A DNA stretch of 64,000 bases from Takakia lepidozioides (taxonomy: Eukaryota; Plantae; Bryophyta): assembly GCA_030704615.1 (NCBI GenBank), contig CM060731.1:37448001-37512000 (forward strand), in the 5' to 3' direction. Numbering within the stretch: position 1 is the stretch's first letter; each line of letters opens with the position of its first letter. Of this stretch, positions 36,165-47,599 are shown one piece after another. The notes beneath the pieces were generated by a model. That model was given only the letters and a program-made list of their open reading frames with translations, had not been told where the DNA came from and made no database searches. The position numbers and the translations under genes were made by a program.

Positions 36165-37440
36165 TCCAGAGGGAGAGAGAGGGAGAGAGAGGGAAAGAGA
36201 AAAAAAAAAAAAAAAAAAAAAAAAGGAGGGGGGGGGGGGGGGGGGAGGGGAGGGGTTGACTGAGCAGCAGCAGCTCCCCCCCCCCCCCCCTCCACCTGTT
36301 TTTTTTTGTTTTTTCCGTCATCACTCCCTCTCTCCTCTCTCTCCACATCCTGATGGGACAGAGAGAGAGATGCAGGAAAAGAGGGAGAGAGAGGGAGAGA
36401 AGGAGAGAGGGACTGTTGAGGGGAAAAAAAAAAGAAAAACAAAAGGTGGGGCGGTGGGGGAGTGACTGAGAGTAGCTGCTCAGCACTCCCAACCCCCCAC
36501 CTCCCCCCCCCCCCCCCCCTAAACAGTCCATTTCTCTCCACATCTTCATGGGACAGAGGGAGAGATGGACAGAGGGACAGGGGAGAGATGAAAAAAGAAG
36601 AAGATGAAAAAACAAAAAAAAAATGGTGGGGGGGGGGGGTGGTGACAGAGTGAGAGTGCGGAGAGAGAGAGGGAGAGAGAGAGAGAGATGAGGGAAAAAA
36701 AAATAAAAATAAAATAAAATGTGGGGCGGGGGGGGAGTGACTGAGCAGTTGCTTCCTCTTTCTCCCTCTCTATCTCTCTCCACATCGTGATGGAACAGAG
36801 GGAGAGAGGCAGCGAGGGAGAGAGGGAGAGAGAGGGACTGTTGAGGGGGAAAAAATAAATAAAAAATGTGAGGGGGGGGGGGGGGGGCAGCTACTCCAAT
36901 CACTTCCCCACCCCCCACTGTTTTTTTTTTTTTTTCCCCTCAACAGTCCCTCTCTCTCCACATCCTGATGGGACAGAGGGACAGCGAGGGATAGATGAGG
37001 GAAAAGAGGAGAGAGGGAGAGAGTGGGAGAGATGAGGGAAAAATAAAAAAGAAGGTTGGGGGGGGGGAGTGACTCAGCAGCTGCTGCTGCTCAGTCACTT
37101 CCCCCCTCCACCTTTTCGTTTTTGTTTGTGGAATGGTGGGGGGTGCTGAAAGCAGCTTGCTGCTGCTGGTCTTAGCCCCCCCCCCCGACCTTCATTTTTT
37201 GGTTTTGGCAATGGTGGGGGCCACTGAGAGGGTGCCTGCTGCTACTCTCAGTCCCCCCCATTTTTATTTTTTTATTTTTTGGAATGGTGGGGGGCTGACA
37301 ACAGCAACAAGTGCTGGTGCTCTCAGCACCCCCCCCCCCCCCCCTCTTTTCATTTTTTGCTTATCAGCAGAGAGAGAAAGGGGGAGACAAAGATATAGAG
37401 ACATAAAGATAGAGGGAGAGGAAGAGAGAGGAAAGGGGAG
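36165..37440. repeat. Low-complexity array with G/C homopolymers and GTGACTGAGCAG motif (part 2)
   Basis: Multiple direct and inverted copies of the motif, CCACATC(C/T)T(G/T)ATGGGACAGAG, long G/C/A runs and GA microsatellites. Confidence 0.8.
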
Positions 37441-37515
37441 GGTCAGGCCTTGTTGGTTTTTGGCATGTGAAATCACACGGTAGTAGTGTTGTGGGCGCAA
37501 GGATAAGCTGGTAGT

Positions 37516-39731
37516 ATGGCGAAGGATAAGGAGAAGGGGCCGCCAAAGGACAAGGAGAAGGCGCCATCGAAGGACAAGGAGAAGGTGCCGCCGAAGGAGC
37601 AGAAATCGCCTGCCGCTAAGGTAGGGAAGCCTGACAACGCTCCCGTCATTGACGGCCGTGTGACACAGTCCACTTGGTCCAAACTCACCAGCCCTATAGG
37701 CGGCTATGTGAGAGGACCAAGCCGTCGAGGCCTCCACGCCCTCGAAGGTTGAGGCTGGGGATGAGCCTCCACTTGAGGGTGGTGCACCCAATGTTCAGGC
37801 TGGGACGCCACCCCACGAGCTGATGGAGGGCCCTGACTTTTACGCGGGGAAGCGCATTCTCAGATCTGCCGCCAGGTATGGGCAACTTAATCTTAGCCCC
37901 ACCGCCAATGCCTTTTCCCCTTCTTCTGCAGCCAAGAGGGCTTATAAGGGGGGGGGGCTCAGAAGGGGGTGGGTTCCTCCTCACCTTGGGAGAAGAGGGA
38001 GGCTTCAAAGGAGGCTGCAATGAGGTGGAAGGAGGAGGAAAGGTAGAGGGAGGAAGACAAGAAGAGGGAAGAGGGAAATAAGGGGGCACGGGAAAGGGAG
38101 GGGGAAGAGGAGAGGGTGACACTGGCTATGGAGGGCCCCTTGCGAAGTCCGTCGCCTGAACGGTCAATGAAGAAGACCCTAGACTTTGGGGCGCCGCCTG
38201 CGAGCCTATTGGGTGCATGGGATAGGCTTCCACCCTTATTCCGATAGGGCAACATTGAGGTCATGGACGCAAATGTGAGCCTCTTTCCTTCACCTTTTTT
38301 TTCTTTCCTTTGCCTTTCATTTTGTTTCTGGTTTGTTTCTAATTTTTTGGGTTTTGTGTTCAGGAGCTTGGCGCATTTGTGGCTAAGCTTGTGGCAAGCA
38401 GTGGGATTGCCACCGACAAAGCAGGGACAGTGGTGGTGCCTACCCATGGGGACGGTAAGAGGAAGAGGAAAAGACGTCGTGTCCTTGAGGTTCCCCTAAT
38501 CATCAAGGAGGGTAGGGAAGTAGTGGAGGGGAAGGGGAAAGGACAGGCCCAGGAGATGGAGCGTAAGAGAAAGAGGCGTAGAAGGAGAGAGGTGCAGCCG
38601 GGGAGGGCACTAGTGGGGGAACAAAAGACAAGGGGGAGCTAGTCCAGATGAGCATGCAGCCGGTGGAGGGCATTAGCGGGGCAACAAAAGACAAGGGAGA
38701 GGTAGTTCAGAAGAGCGTGGACGAGGTAAAGACCTTGGGTCCCCGCAACCTTGATTTGCCAAAGATGAAGGTGCCCCCCTTAGAGACCAATAAGGTCGGT
38801 GACCCCATTGGTGAGTATTGGGAGGCCATGAAAAAAGTAGCCTTCGACTTGGCAGCGAGGTGGTTCCCTTGGCATATTGATTGGCCACGCTAATCACATC
38901 GCCATAGGCGAGCATTCGTGCAAGCACTTGAGGGCACATTTCCGGGTGAGTGGAATGAGGGGAAGCTCTTGGAACTGGTGGGAAAGAACCTCAAGGATAA
39001 GAGGTACCGTGCGCGACAAACCATTCGTAAGGCACTCAAGGCGGGGGTCAAACCAATGACCATGCCACATGGAATAACCAAGGTAAGACGCACTTCACTT
39101 GTCATTGGTGTCTTTGAATGCATGTTCATTGCGGTATGGAGTTCATTAACATTTATAATGTCTTTGTTGGGGCTGGACATGAATCTTGGGAGGCTCTCAT
39201 CGCAGGGGAGAGGGAAGAGCTGAAGGCGGAGATCTTCGCAAGGGGACGTGCGGCAACTGCAGCCCGCCTCGAGAAGTGTGCAGAATCAACACACAAGTGG
39301 GGCCCCGGCGGAAGCAAGAGTTTTGTCACCCGATTCGTAAGTGTTTTTTCTCTTGTCATACCCATTCTTCTTTTTTAGCTTCTTCCTTCCATTATGAATT
39401 CTGACTTGTCATTGCATTTGTATGTCATGTGCAGAAAAAGAAGTTTGAGAGGCCTCCCTCCGCTATCGAGCACAACTTTTGCAAGACTCAGGGGTGGAAG
39501 GCCTTTGTAGCCTCAATGGCCAAGACGCCACAATTGACGGAGGATAGTGCATCTGTAGGGGTGGGGATGGGTAGTTCAGTGGCTCGGCCGGATGGGGGAG
39601 AGCCAGTAGTAGGGGGTGGTTCGAAGGATGATGTAATCTTGGACTCGGCCTCATCATCCTCCAAATTGGATGCCCAGCGTAGCTTGCATTCCTCGGACGA
39701 GTACACCTATGACTCAGGTGATGAGGAGTGA
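37516..39731 (+). pseudogene. CACTA TnpA-like (Ptta/En/Spm-type) accessory gene, disrupted, multi-exon
   Basis: Lies between TnpD and the right TIR on the same strand. KDKEK repeats, then W..MKK..F..W.P...W, LK..RYR..., P.G...SWEALI..., THKWGPGG...F, KKKFERPPS, typical of TnpA-like proteins. In-frame stops present. Confidence 0.7.
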
Positions 39732-39974
39732 GGGATGGTTCCCAGTTAGAGACATGTAAAGGTAGTACTCGCATTATGTATACATTTATTCAGTTACCAT
39801 TTCGATCCTCATTCTAGCCTTAATGGACATGTGGATTCTAATCTAACCTATAGATTAGAATGCATGCATTTCATGCAAGCACGAGGCACACCCCAACCCC
39901 CAAGAACCCCACCCCCCCAAAACGAAAAATAAACCCCAAAACCCCACCCCAAATACCAGCTGGCTACCCTCCCA

Positions 39975-40516
39975 CCCAGCGACGCCGGCGCGACTGCCGA
40001 GTGCGACCAGCGACGCTGTTGCAATTCACAGCCGTCGCAACAGAACCATGCCAACGTGGAGCTAGCAACGCCACGTGGAGCTAGCGAAGTCCGTGCGATT
40101 TCCGGGCGTCGCTACAGAACCTCCCTACCCATGGGGGTCTAGCGACGCCCACAAATGGCGGCGACGTCATGTCGATTCCCGGGCGTCGCCAGGCTGCGAC
40201 GTGCCGGCGACGCCAGCGCGTGGCTATTTCTGGGAAGTGGTGATGTCCTTGCGACTGCCCCATAACACAGGGGAAGGGATGGACCCCCCTCCATGCCCTT
40301 TGTTGCGACTCCTGGGAATCGCCATATTGCGACGCCCCGGAGGGGCAGCGTCTTTCCGCCATCGCTGGTCGTGGCTAGGTGGACCCGGGGGATTAGCGAT
40401 TCCCTTAGCAATTTGTCCCCGGCGCGCCTCGGGCGCTGTAGTGTATTTTCGTTGCTAGGCGCGGCGTTTGGAGGTTGCCGAGGCATCGCTAACCCCCCCC
40501 CCCAAACGTAGTAGTG
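39975..40516. repeat. CACTA right subterminal repeats and TIR
   Basis: Dense direct and inverted GCGACGCC / GGCGTCGC / TTGCGA motifs ending in GTAGTAGTG. Confidence 0.85.
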
Positions 40517-41127
40517 CACATACGAACTGATTTCGTCTGCAACCTCACAATGCATATTCATTGTCGCTAAACACAGATCTCGTCTGTCTACAGAATTGGA
40601 AGCCCCAGATTGCTCGACGAGAAGCATAGGTGTATCTGCTGTTGCTGGAATTACAGGAACTGGTGGGCGACCATGACACAAGCGCCGCATCCTGCAAGAA
40701 CTGAAATCAATACCGAGATCAGAAGTAGGTGTGCCACCACCATCATGAACTCAATAGCAGAAGAAGCACAAATCTTATTCAAAGAAGCTACTCTGTCCCT
40801 CTACCTAGTAGAAGTCATGGTGGCTTTCAAAGTATCCATTGCCACCAACCACAACTACAATTCCAGACTGAAATCAAGAAATGATGAATCACAAAGCAGA
40901 ATGGATTTTGCAAAATACATAAGAGGACTTGAAAACTAGGCATTCCAGTGTATAAATATCGTACGCTATTGATGCCTTAAGTTGCGTGCACGTAGCTCCC
41001 AGTTCACAACTCGAGCTTGGAGCTCGTTGTGCAATAGCGCCAGTGCCTAAAACTAAAATCTCAAAAACAAAAACTGCCCGGGTAGCAGGTACCGCTTGGC
41101 TTAAGATTGGACCAGTGCGCTACGCAC

Positions 41128-41254
41128 GGTAGCTACCCCACATGGGCGTTGTACTGGATGTAGCCGAGTTTCTACCTACCCTCGACCCCAGGGGTCTCGG
41201 GAGTAGGTAGAAACTCGGCTACATCCAGTAGCAGCGCCCCTGCGGGGCGCTACC
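41128..41254. repeat. Long hairpin with perfect 28-bp arms (MITE remnant or MIRNA-like fold-back)
   Basis: 41152-41179 is the exact reverse complement of 41203-41230. There is an additional inner GACCCC/GGGGTC stem and imperfect outer pairing. Confidence 0.8.
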
Positions 41255-41666
41255 TAGTACATAGTTGTTTGCTCAAGCGAAGGCACTGCTTCTTCCTCCT
41301 TTGATGTTTCCTCTTGTTCCATTTGCTCTTCAAGCACGTTATGAAGTAAGTATCAATTCATTGCTTGACGCATCATTTTCTAAAAGCTTGAAAACAGAGG
41401 CAGGACTCACACTTCACGTGGGCAGGATGTTAAGATGAGTGCAGAGGTGTCAAGTGGCGACTACTAGAATGTCCACCTGGATCTTACTTGGCTACATGTT
41501 TGCTGAGCTACTGTACAATATGACGAATTTTTCACAGCATGTATATATTGCAGGGGCGACACATCTGGAAATGGGGGCAGAAATAGGTGGCTCCATCGCC
41601 CATGCATCGTTGAAACTGGCGGTTGTGTGAACTCCGTTACCAACCTTAAGCTTGCAGCGACCTGCC

Positions 41667-42150
41667 TCATTGCAAACTTCTCAAGATTGCAATTTCACCC
41701 AACCTGCCAGCTGCAACATACATGTTCGATAACAACGCCTTCATTTTGCTACATGTAAAGATGATAGTATTCGACTTTAAATTTTCCTTTTGCATCCCGT
41801 CGAATAGGTACAGGGCATCCTTACGACAACCACGGTGCGCATACCTGCAATCGTTGCATTCCATGACACCTCAGTTCAATCACCCATCCGATCAAACACT
41901 CGTCTTGCATCCTCGATGCTCCAGCATTTGGCAAACATGTCCATTAGTGTATAGTTCAGAATGATATCTTGCACAATTTCAGCTTTCATAATGTCCAAAT
42001 GTACATCTTTTCCACTTTCAAGGGCTACCACGCTTGCCTAAAAAGAAAACGAATGTGACATAGTTGTAATAAGTCTTCGCCTCTTCTCCTCTTGCAATTA
42101 TCGCACTCCATAACTTCACATGTCGTTTAGCCATCGAACAATACCTGTCG
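41667..42150 (-). pseudogene. PLS-class pentatricopeptide repeat (PPR) pseudogene fragment
   Basis: Across frames: VWSAIIA..GEEA, ALESGKDVH, TLMDMFAKC.SIEDARRVFDRM, VSWNA.I, DALYLFDGMQKE, and E-domain-like LLSNMYVAAGR. Many stops and frameshifts. Confidence 0.75.
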
Positions 42151-42678
42151 TCGAGGTCTCGACTCTAATGGAAGGGAAATGCGAGCCTTAAAAAAATAAA
42201 AATAAAAATAAAATGCGAGCCTTAGTGACAACACGCTTGATGAGTTCTTTGATGCCAAAGCTGTGAAAGGACAGGTAGGCGTGGGAGGTGATAGGCTCCG
42301 GTGGTCTCATACTCTTCGAGTGCATTAAGAATGATAGAATTGTAGAGATGTTTTATTAGCTTCTCGACAATGAAGCCAGTATCGTTGCTGATATAGTCAG
42401 CATGCAGTGGTGACTTCTATGGTTGAGATCATGAAAAAAACCATGGACGCCCTACAACCTTCTTGGCCATGAATCTAATTCTCATAGCGAGAGGTTTTCT
42501 AAAGAATGGAGGGATACAGTAGAAAGAAACTGTTGCTATAGTCCAAGACAACCATGATGAACTAGAGTGTATTACATTTAAATGAAAAGATATGTACAAC
42601 ACACTGTACACAATGTTGAGCCTCCATACACAAGTGTCCAAGGTAACAGCTTTTACATTGCTAACAACTGTGGAGTGG

Positions 42679-42795
42679 CTCAGAATGATGTAGCATCAGT
42701 AGTCACAACGTTTTTCTCAAGCACTGGAACCAGCATGTTACAAACATGTGATTACTGAAAACATGTTGTGACTACTAAGGCTACATCATTCTGAG
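42679..42795. repeat. Short inverted-repeat element (MITE-like)
   Basis: CTCAGAATGATGTAGC / GCTACATCATTCTGAG (16 bp perfect) with inner AGTAGTCACAAC / GTTGTGACTACT. Confidence 0.65.
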
Positions 42796-42859
42796 ATTCC
42801 TTTTCACATGTTCTCAGTAGTCACATCTCCTTGATCAACTATGAGCTAAAAATGAATCT

Positions 42860-43690
42860 AACGTGGAGGTAGTACCGGCCGAGATGGCAGGGATGGCGAT
42901 AGTGATAAGGAAAGAACATGTACAACATGAGAAATGGAAGATGGGGATGATGGGGGTGGCGATGTCGAGGATGACGAATGTATGTGCGCAGGCAGCAAAC
43001 GCCTGGTCCGGTGCCCAAAAATAGAGAAACACGCATCATACCCTGCTACCTCACATACTGCATCTATGTCATGTTGCGAGAAAAAAATTGTTACATCCGG
43101 AGGGGATGGGCCTCGTAAGAAGGAAGAAACCCGCATCGATATGCCTCTTGAGTAAAAAGATTGCGAGCTTGGACATCAAGACGGGGCTGCAAGATGCATG
43201 ATATGAAATGCATCAATACTTAATTCACAAATGTGAGGTTTCGTTAGGTATAGTACTTTTAATTGAGGAATACATCAGAAAGTATGAGGATGACTTACCT
43301 TTGCTGCATCAACAATCTCGTACTTGCGGTAATGTTTTTGCACAACATGGGGTCGCCGCATCATTGATCTGGTGCTCCCAGGCGGTAGTCATGCCCAACA
43401 CCAATTGCACCAACACTCAATCTTGGGGAGGCGGTCTAGGCCGGGTCTCCCCGGGGCTCGTGGCTCTGGACTCGGTGGCCTACGACCTCGGGGTGGTGGC
43501 CGTGGGGGCAAAGGGTGGACGTCATGCTCATCCTCCCGGACCTGCCCTGGGTACCTACGACGCCGCCTAACTCGCGGACGAGGCGAATGTGTTGTCTCGC
43601 CCTCAACAGGTGGCTGTGGCACAGCCGGTACATACGGTGCCGGGAGCGAATCCTCAAGCGTGACACGTCGATAAACTCGTACCATGACCT
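42860..43690 (-). pseudogene. Second, inverted, truncated copy of the 5' part of the transposon SET/Zn-finger gene
   Basis: MVRVYRRVTLEDSL...KIECWCNWCWA matches 18632+. It has the same 112-nt intron (43298-43187) and an exon-2 start PRLDVQARN...FFSQHDIDAVCEVAGYDACF. It ends before the SET domain and contains a stop. Confidence 0.88.
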
Positions 43691-44198
43691 ATACATGTAT
43701 GAGTAGCAATTGACTTAGAAAAAATTACAAAATCAAAAACAAAAACAAATATTTGGACTAAAACATTCGAGCAGGAACCCAAGACTTCATGTAGTACATT
43801 CGACATACATATTTTGGGCTACACTTGCAGCTCTAAACACTTGTGGCGCCGTCGGTGGTTGATTGTGATGCACGTGGCAAGGTCCAGGGTTTCTTTCTTG
43901 ATTGGAGGCGGACGTTAGTTCAACGTCCAATTTCATTTGTCACTCTACAAGTGTAAGACTTACCCCCTGTGCATTACTATTTCCGGGTTACAATTGGTGC
44001 ACCTCAAAACACAGACCTAGCAATGCTGGGGGCCTAAAACTCCATAGGACGTACCCCTTCAGGACCAAGAACAACAGGTCTCCGCAAATCCGACAGATGC
44101 CATTTTCCCTGCAAGATAAATCACAAAACTGCTGCTACTTCTTTTGCTCAAATCTTCCATAGTTAAACATTCACCCAAGAGATGGGGCCTGGAGGAGT

Positions 44199-44500
44199 TG
44201 AGCTTGATCAAATAAGGTCTGGTGATCATCGAAGCTATCAATCGATGGCTCAATTTATGGCTGCGTGTGTACCATGCCTTTCAATGGGTAGTTTCCCTGT
44301 ACCCAGAATCAACATCACAACATGGAAAGGAAAACAACAAGGAAAACATACTAAAAGACAAACTTCTGGTGTGGTTGCTGATTCTTACACATTTGTAAGA
44401 CAATGAGGCAATGTCAGGGACTGTAAAAAGGAGGGAGGAGAAGGAGAACGCACCACAATCGTAGTCGAGGGGGCTATGAGCTTCACGGTAAGTCAGAGAA
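44199..44500 (+). repeat. Dispersed repeat, copy 2 (copy 1 at 9572-9880)
   Basis: See copy 1; 44219-44277 is the reverse complement of 9598-9656. Confidence 0.8.
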
Positions 44501-46262
44501 AACTTGCAGTAGGATGGAAAGATGTGTCAAGGGAGTAACCCATCGGGAAAACACATTATGAACTGGTTGGACACTCCTCACAATTCCCACGAATGGAGAT
44601 TTCCGCAATCTGTGTCTTTGTGGATAAGCTTAGAACTTGTACATGCAGGTGATCTCAGAGCCATCAATCTCACCATGAATCTTGGGTTGGAGCCTATGTT
44701 GGTACACAATATCATTCTCTTAGCTGTATTGGGCCGGCATTGCTTGCCAAAATGTGCATGTAGCACAAGAAGTCCATGCCAAAAGTAAAATGGACCATAA
44801 AACTTGCTTGCCTCTTGACAGAAGGCAATGGCTGTGGAACAACGAGGCAATTGCAATAGCTAGCATCATTCTTCTGGCGCTACATGCTGGACTCCAAGTA
44901 CTATGCTATTCAAAAGCAATACAATGTGGGTCTCGTGAGACAGAAGTTTTCATAAGTGGCTTAGTAAACGTCAAATACAGTAGCCTCATGTGGACAAGGT
45001 GCATCTCCGCATGCTCCTGGGGCAGACAGGATAGTGTGTACCCAAGACTTGGCCAGCACCAGGAACGAAAGATACAGACGAGCGCACAGTAAAGGTTATC
45101 TATCAAATCAAACGTAAGTCTGCACTTCAATGCACCCCAATGGCGTTGGAACTCGAAAGAGTACATACACAGTACTATTCGAAGCGCAACTAGAAACATA
45201 CGACTTGCGGGGGAACTAATGGATACTGCTCCGACACATTGATTGCCGATAGAAAATTCTTTCCTGCTATGGTGTATCCATTGGCCCCTGAGTTACATTA
45301 TGGCCACATGAGTGTATGCACATCTACCTTTCACCATTCTCCGCCACCGCTGACCTCCACCGTTCAGGAATAACAAAATGGCGCTACAGTAGTTCTCAAC
45401 AACATGTAAGCCGTAATGGTTCACATGAGCAGCTTTTTTTTTCTCTTGCTAGTAACTGGGTAATTGATGTGGGCCGTCCAGCGGTAGATGTTGGTCTCGT
45501 CACAGCTCATCTGAATGTCACCATCGCCCCCTTCGTCTCTCTGCATTTTCTTGTGTTCCTTGAACAGCCTTTCTCTTGCCTGCGACTATCCCCATGCACA
45601 AACCCCCTTTAGTCGCTTCCTCTTTTCAGTCCTAACGTGGGTTTCTCTCTCCATTGCTTATCTGGTAAAGCTGAAATGCACGGAACTGCAAGCACGTGGA
45701 CATGAACATCTCCCATCGAAGATTTGCATGTAATCATCGTTGTCTCGGTGTTCTACTTCTTTAGCAATCGTCAAACAATTATCTCAATTCTCTTTGAATG
45801 AGCGGATCGTAGACTTACCGCCAGCTCTGCAACAACTCACTGCTCCTCGATCTCTTGCCCTCTCCTTATCCCCCCCCCCCCCCCCGGGTCTCTCGATCTC
45901 TCTGCAATTGACCTCTTGCATAAGAAGAATGGGTCGTTAGGAGAATCCGACCCAACCGTGGCACATAGATTTCAAGACAACATTTGATGCAAACTTTAGT
46001 GTCCCGTGCAAGTGCTGCATATTTACCAACAAGCGAGTTGTTTTTCTTTGTATACAGTAGTGCCTAACCTATGCCCACTTATTTGTTTTAGGGTTCTTCC
46101 GTTCTTGTGTGCAAAACGTTTCTCATTTCCTTATGTGGGCAACACCCAGTGTGGGTTGATGTGAACTGCTCAGTGGAGGAAGGGAGGGGGAGAGAGAGAG
46201 AGAGAGAGAGAGAGATGTTGGGGAGGAGGAGATAGCAGAGGCAAACACGGACAGAATCAGCA

Positions 46263-47485
46263 ATGGCGGAAAGGATAGCCATGGGACGATTGCGAGCGTG
46301 TCTACCGAGGGGCTCGACTCTTGCTTTCTGGAATAATAGTATTGGCCTTCCTTTTACAGGCCTCTCTCCACAAGGAGATTCCCTAGCCCTAAGCCATGTG
46401 CCGCGAACGGACGTCCGATTTGCATCTGCTGGTGCCAAGAAGGATACTAAAACTAAAACTAAAGCTAGAGCTACCACTCCTGCCAGAGGTTTGAAGAAAG
46501 GAGGTCCTCCTGCAAAGAAGGCTGGGTCGGCCAAGGGAGTAGGAGCAGGAGGCTCTGACAAGCGAGATCGGTTTGTTTCCCTCATCGACTCCTGCCTTCA
46601 CGCCCCTGCTCCAGTGAGAGCTTTGAAAGAAAAGGACCGGTTAAGAGAGATTGAGAGGGAGAAATTAGGGATTGTTAGCAAGGAGAAGGAGAGACAGCTC
46701 GAAAGGGAAAGAGCCAAGGCGAAAGCAGCGGCAAAAGAATTGAAAGCGAAAGAGAAGAAAAAAGCAGGTATGCTAGATAAGTATGTCAATGAGGAAGCTT
46801 CCTTCGGTTCTATTCTTGTTAGTCCAGGGTGATCCTCTTCCTCATGCCGCCAAGTTCCAATCATTGTGAGGTCCTGTAACCTCCTTGCACTCTGCACGAA
46901 AATGCATTCGAGTTTGTATGGAGCAATCGGAAGTTTACAAGCGGTTTTTATTGGCAATGTAGGCATCCTGTTGTCATGTAGCTATGGCCAGATACAGAAG
47001 TTCTCTCTCTGGATCAGTAAGGTGTGCGTGTTGCCTAGATATTCTTGTCAACATCTTTTATTTTAGGCACAGGCAGCGGCCATTCATCATCTTCCTACCT
47101 GGTGTTTTCTTGACTCGGGTTTTGGAGCTTGCCAGATGCAGAGGGAGAAGAAACAGGAGACCCTCAGGTTGAGGGAGAGATTGATGGAGAAAGGATTGCA
47201 ATGGAGCTGACACTGGAAGAAGGCAATCGCCTTGCAAAAGAGTATAGCCGGTATCTTATGAAGGAAGCAAGACTGAAGGCTGCAGCTGAGAATGTAAGGC
47301 TTCAATTGAAGAAAGATGCAATTGCTGCACTTCCTCCCCACCTTAAACAAGCAGCCTTGTTGCCAGACCTTACCCATTTCCCACGCAATCGGATTCCAGC
47401 TGCCATATCCCCTCCTATTGGTGGTTACATGGAAGAGATGGCTCAGGCAACAGAACGAGCAGGAAAAATTCGGAAGTCAAGATAG
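46263..47485 (+). CDS. mL40: Mitochondrial ribosomal protein mL40 (MRP-L28 family); exons 46263-46767, 47136-47485
   Basis: Mitochondrial presequence-like N-terminus; APAPVRALKEKDRLREIEREKLGIVSK, LTLEEGNRLAKEYSR, LKKDAIAALP.HLK.AALLPDLT.FP.NR....SPPI.GY. Phase-1 GT-AG intron 46768-47135. Confidence 0.85.
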
Positions 47486-47599
47486 ACAAGGGAGATGGTT
47501 AAGCAGGGCTCGACAGGCTGTCATTTGATATCATATAGTTGAGTGGATTGAGAGGAATTGTTGGACGTTCAGTTCAATGGCATTGCAGAAGAGAAGGGA

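Larger units (their letters stand above)
17740..40516 (+). mobile_element. Decayed CACTA/EnSpm DNA transposon (left boundary uncertain) carrying a SET-domain gene, TnpD-like and TnpA-like genes, and nested insertions
   Basis: The right end reads CCCAAACGTAGTAGTG (= CACTACTACGTTTGGG) ending at 40516, preceded by ~500 bp of GCGACGCC/GTCGC subterminal repeats. Transposase and TnpA-like genes are in canonical order. Similar TATTGCGA/GGGAATCGC motifs occur at 17743-17830, but no left CACTA TIR was found. Confidence 0.8.

Noticed and set aside
36125-36961. Long ORFs rich in Pro/Phe/Leu/Gly
   Set aside because: Artefacts of homopolymer and GA/CT low-complexity sequence.
44560-44800. Protein-like minus-strand segment (FWQAMPAQY...DGSEITCMY)
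   Set aside because: Interrupted by stops and not assignable to a family I recognise.
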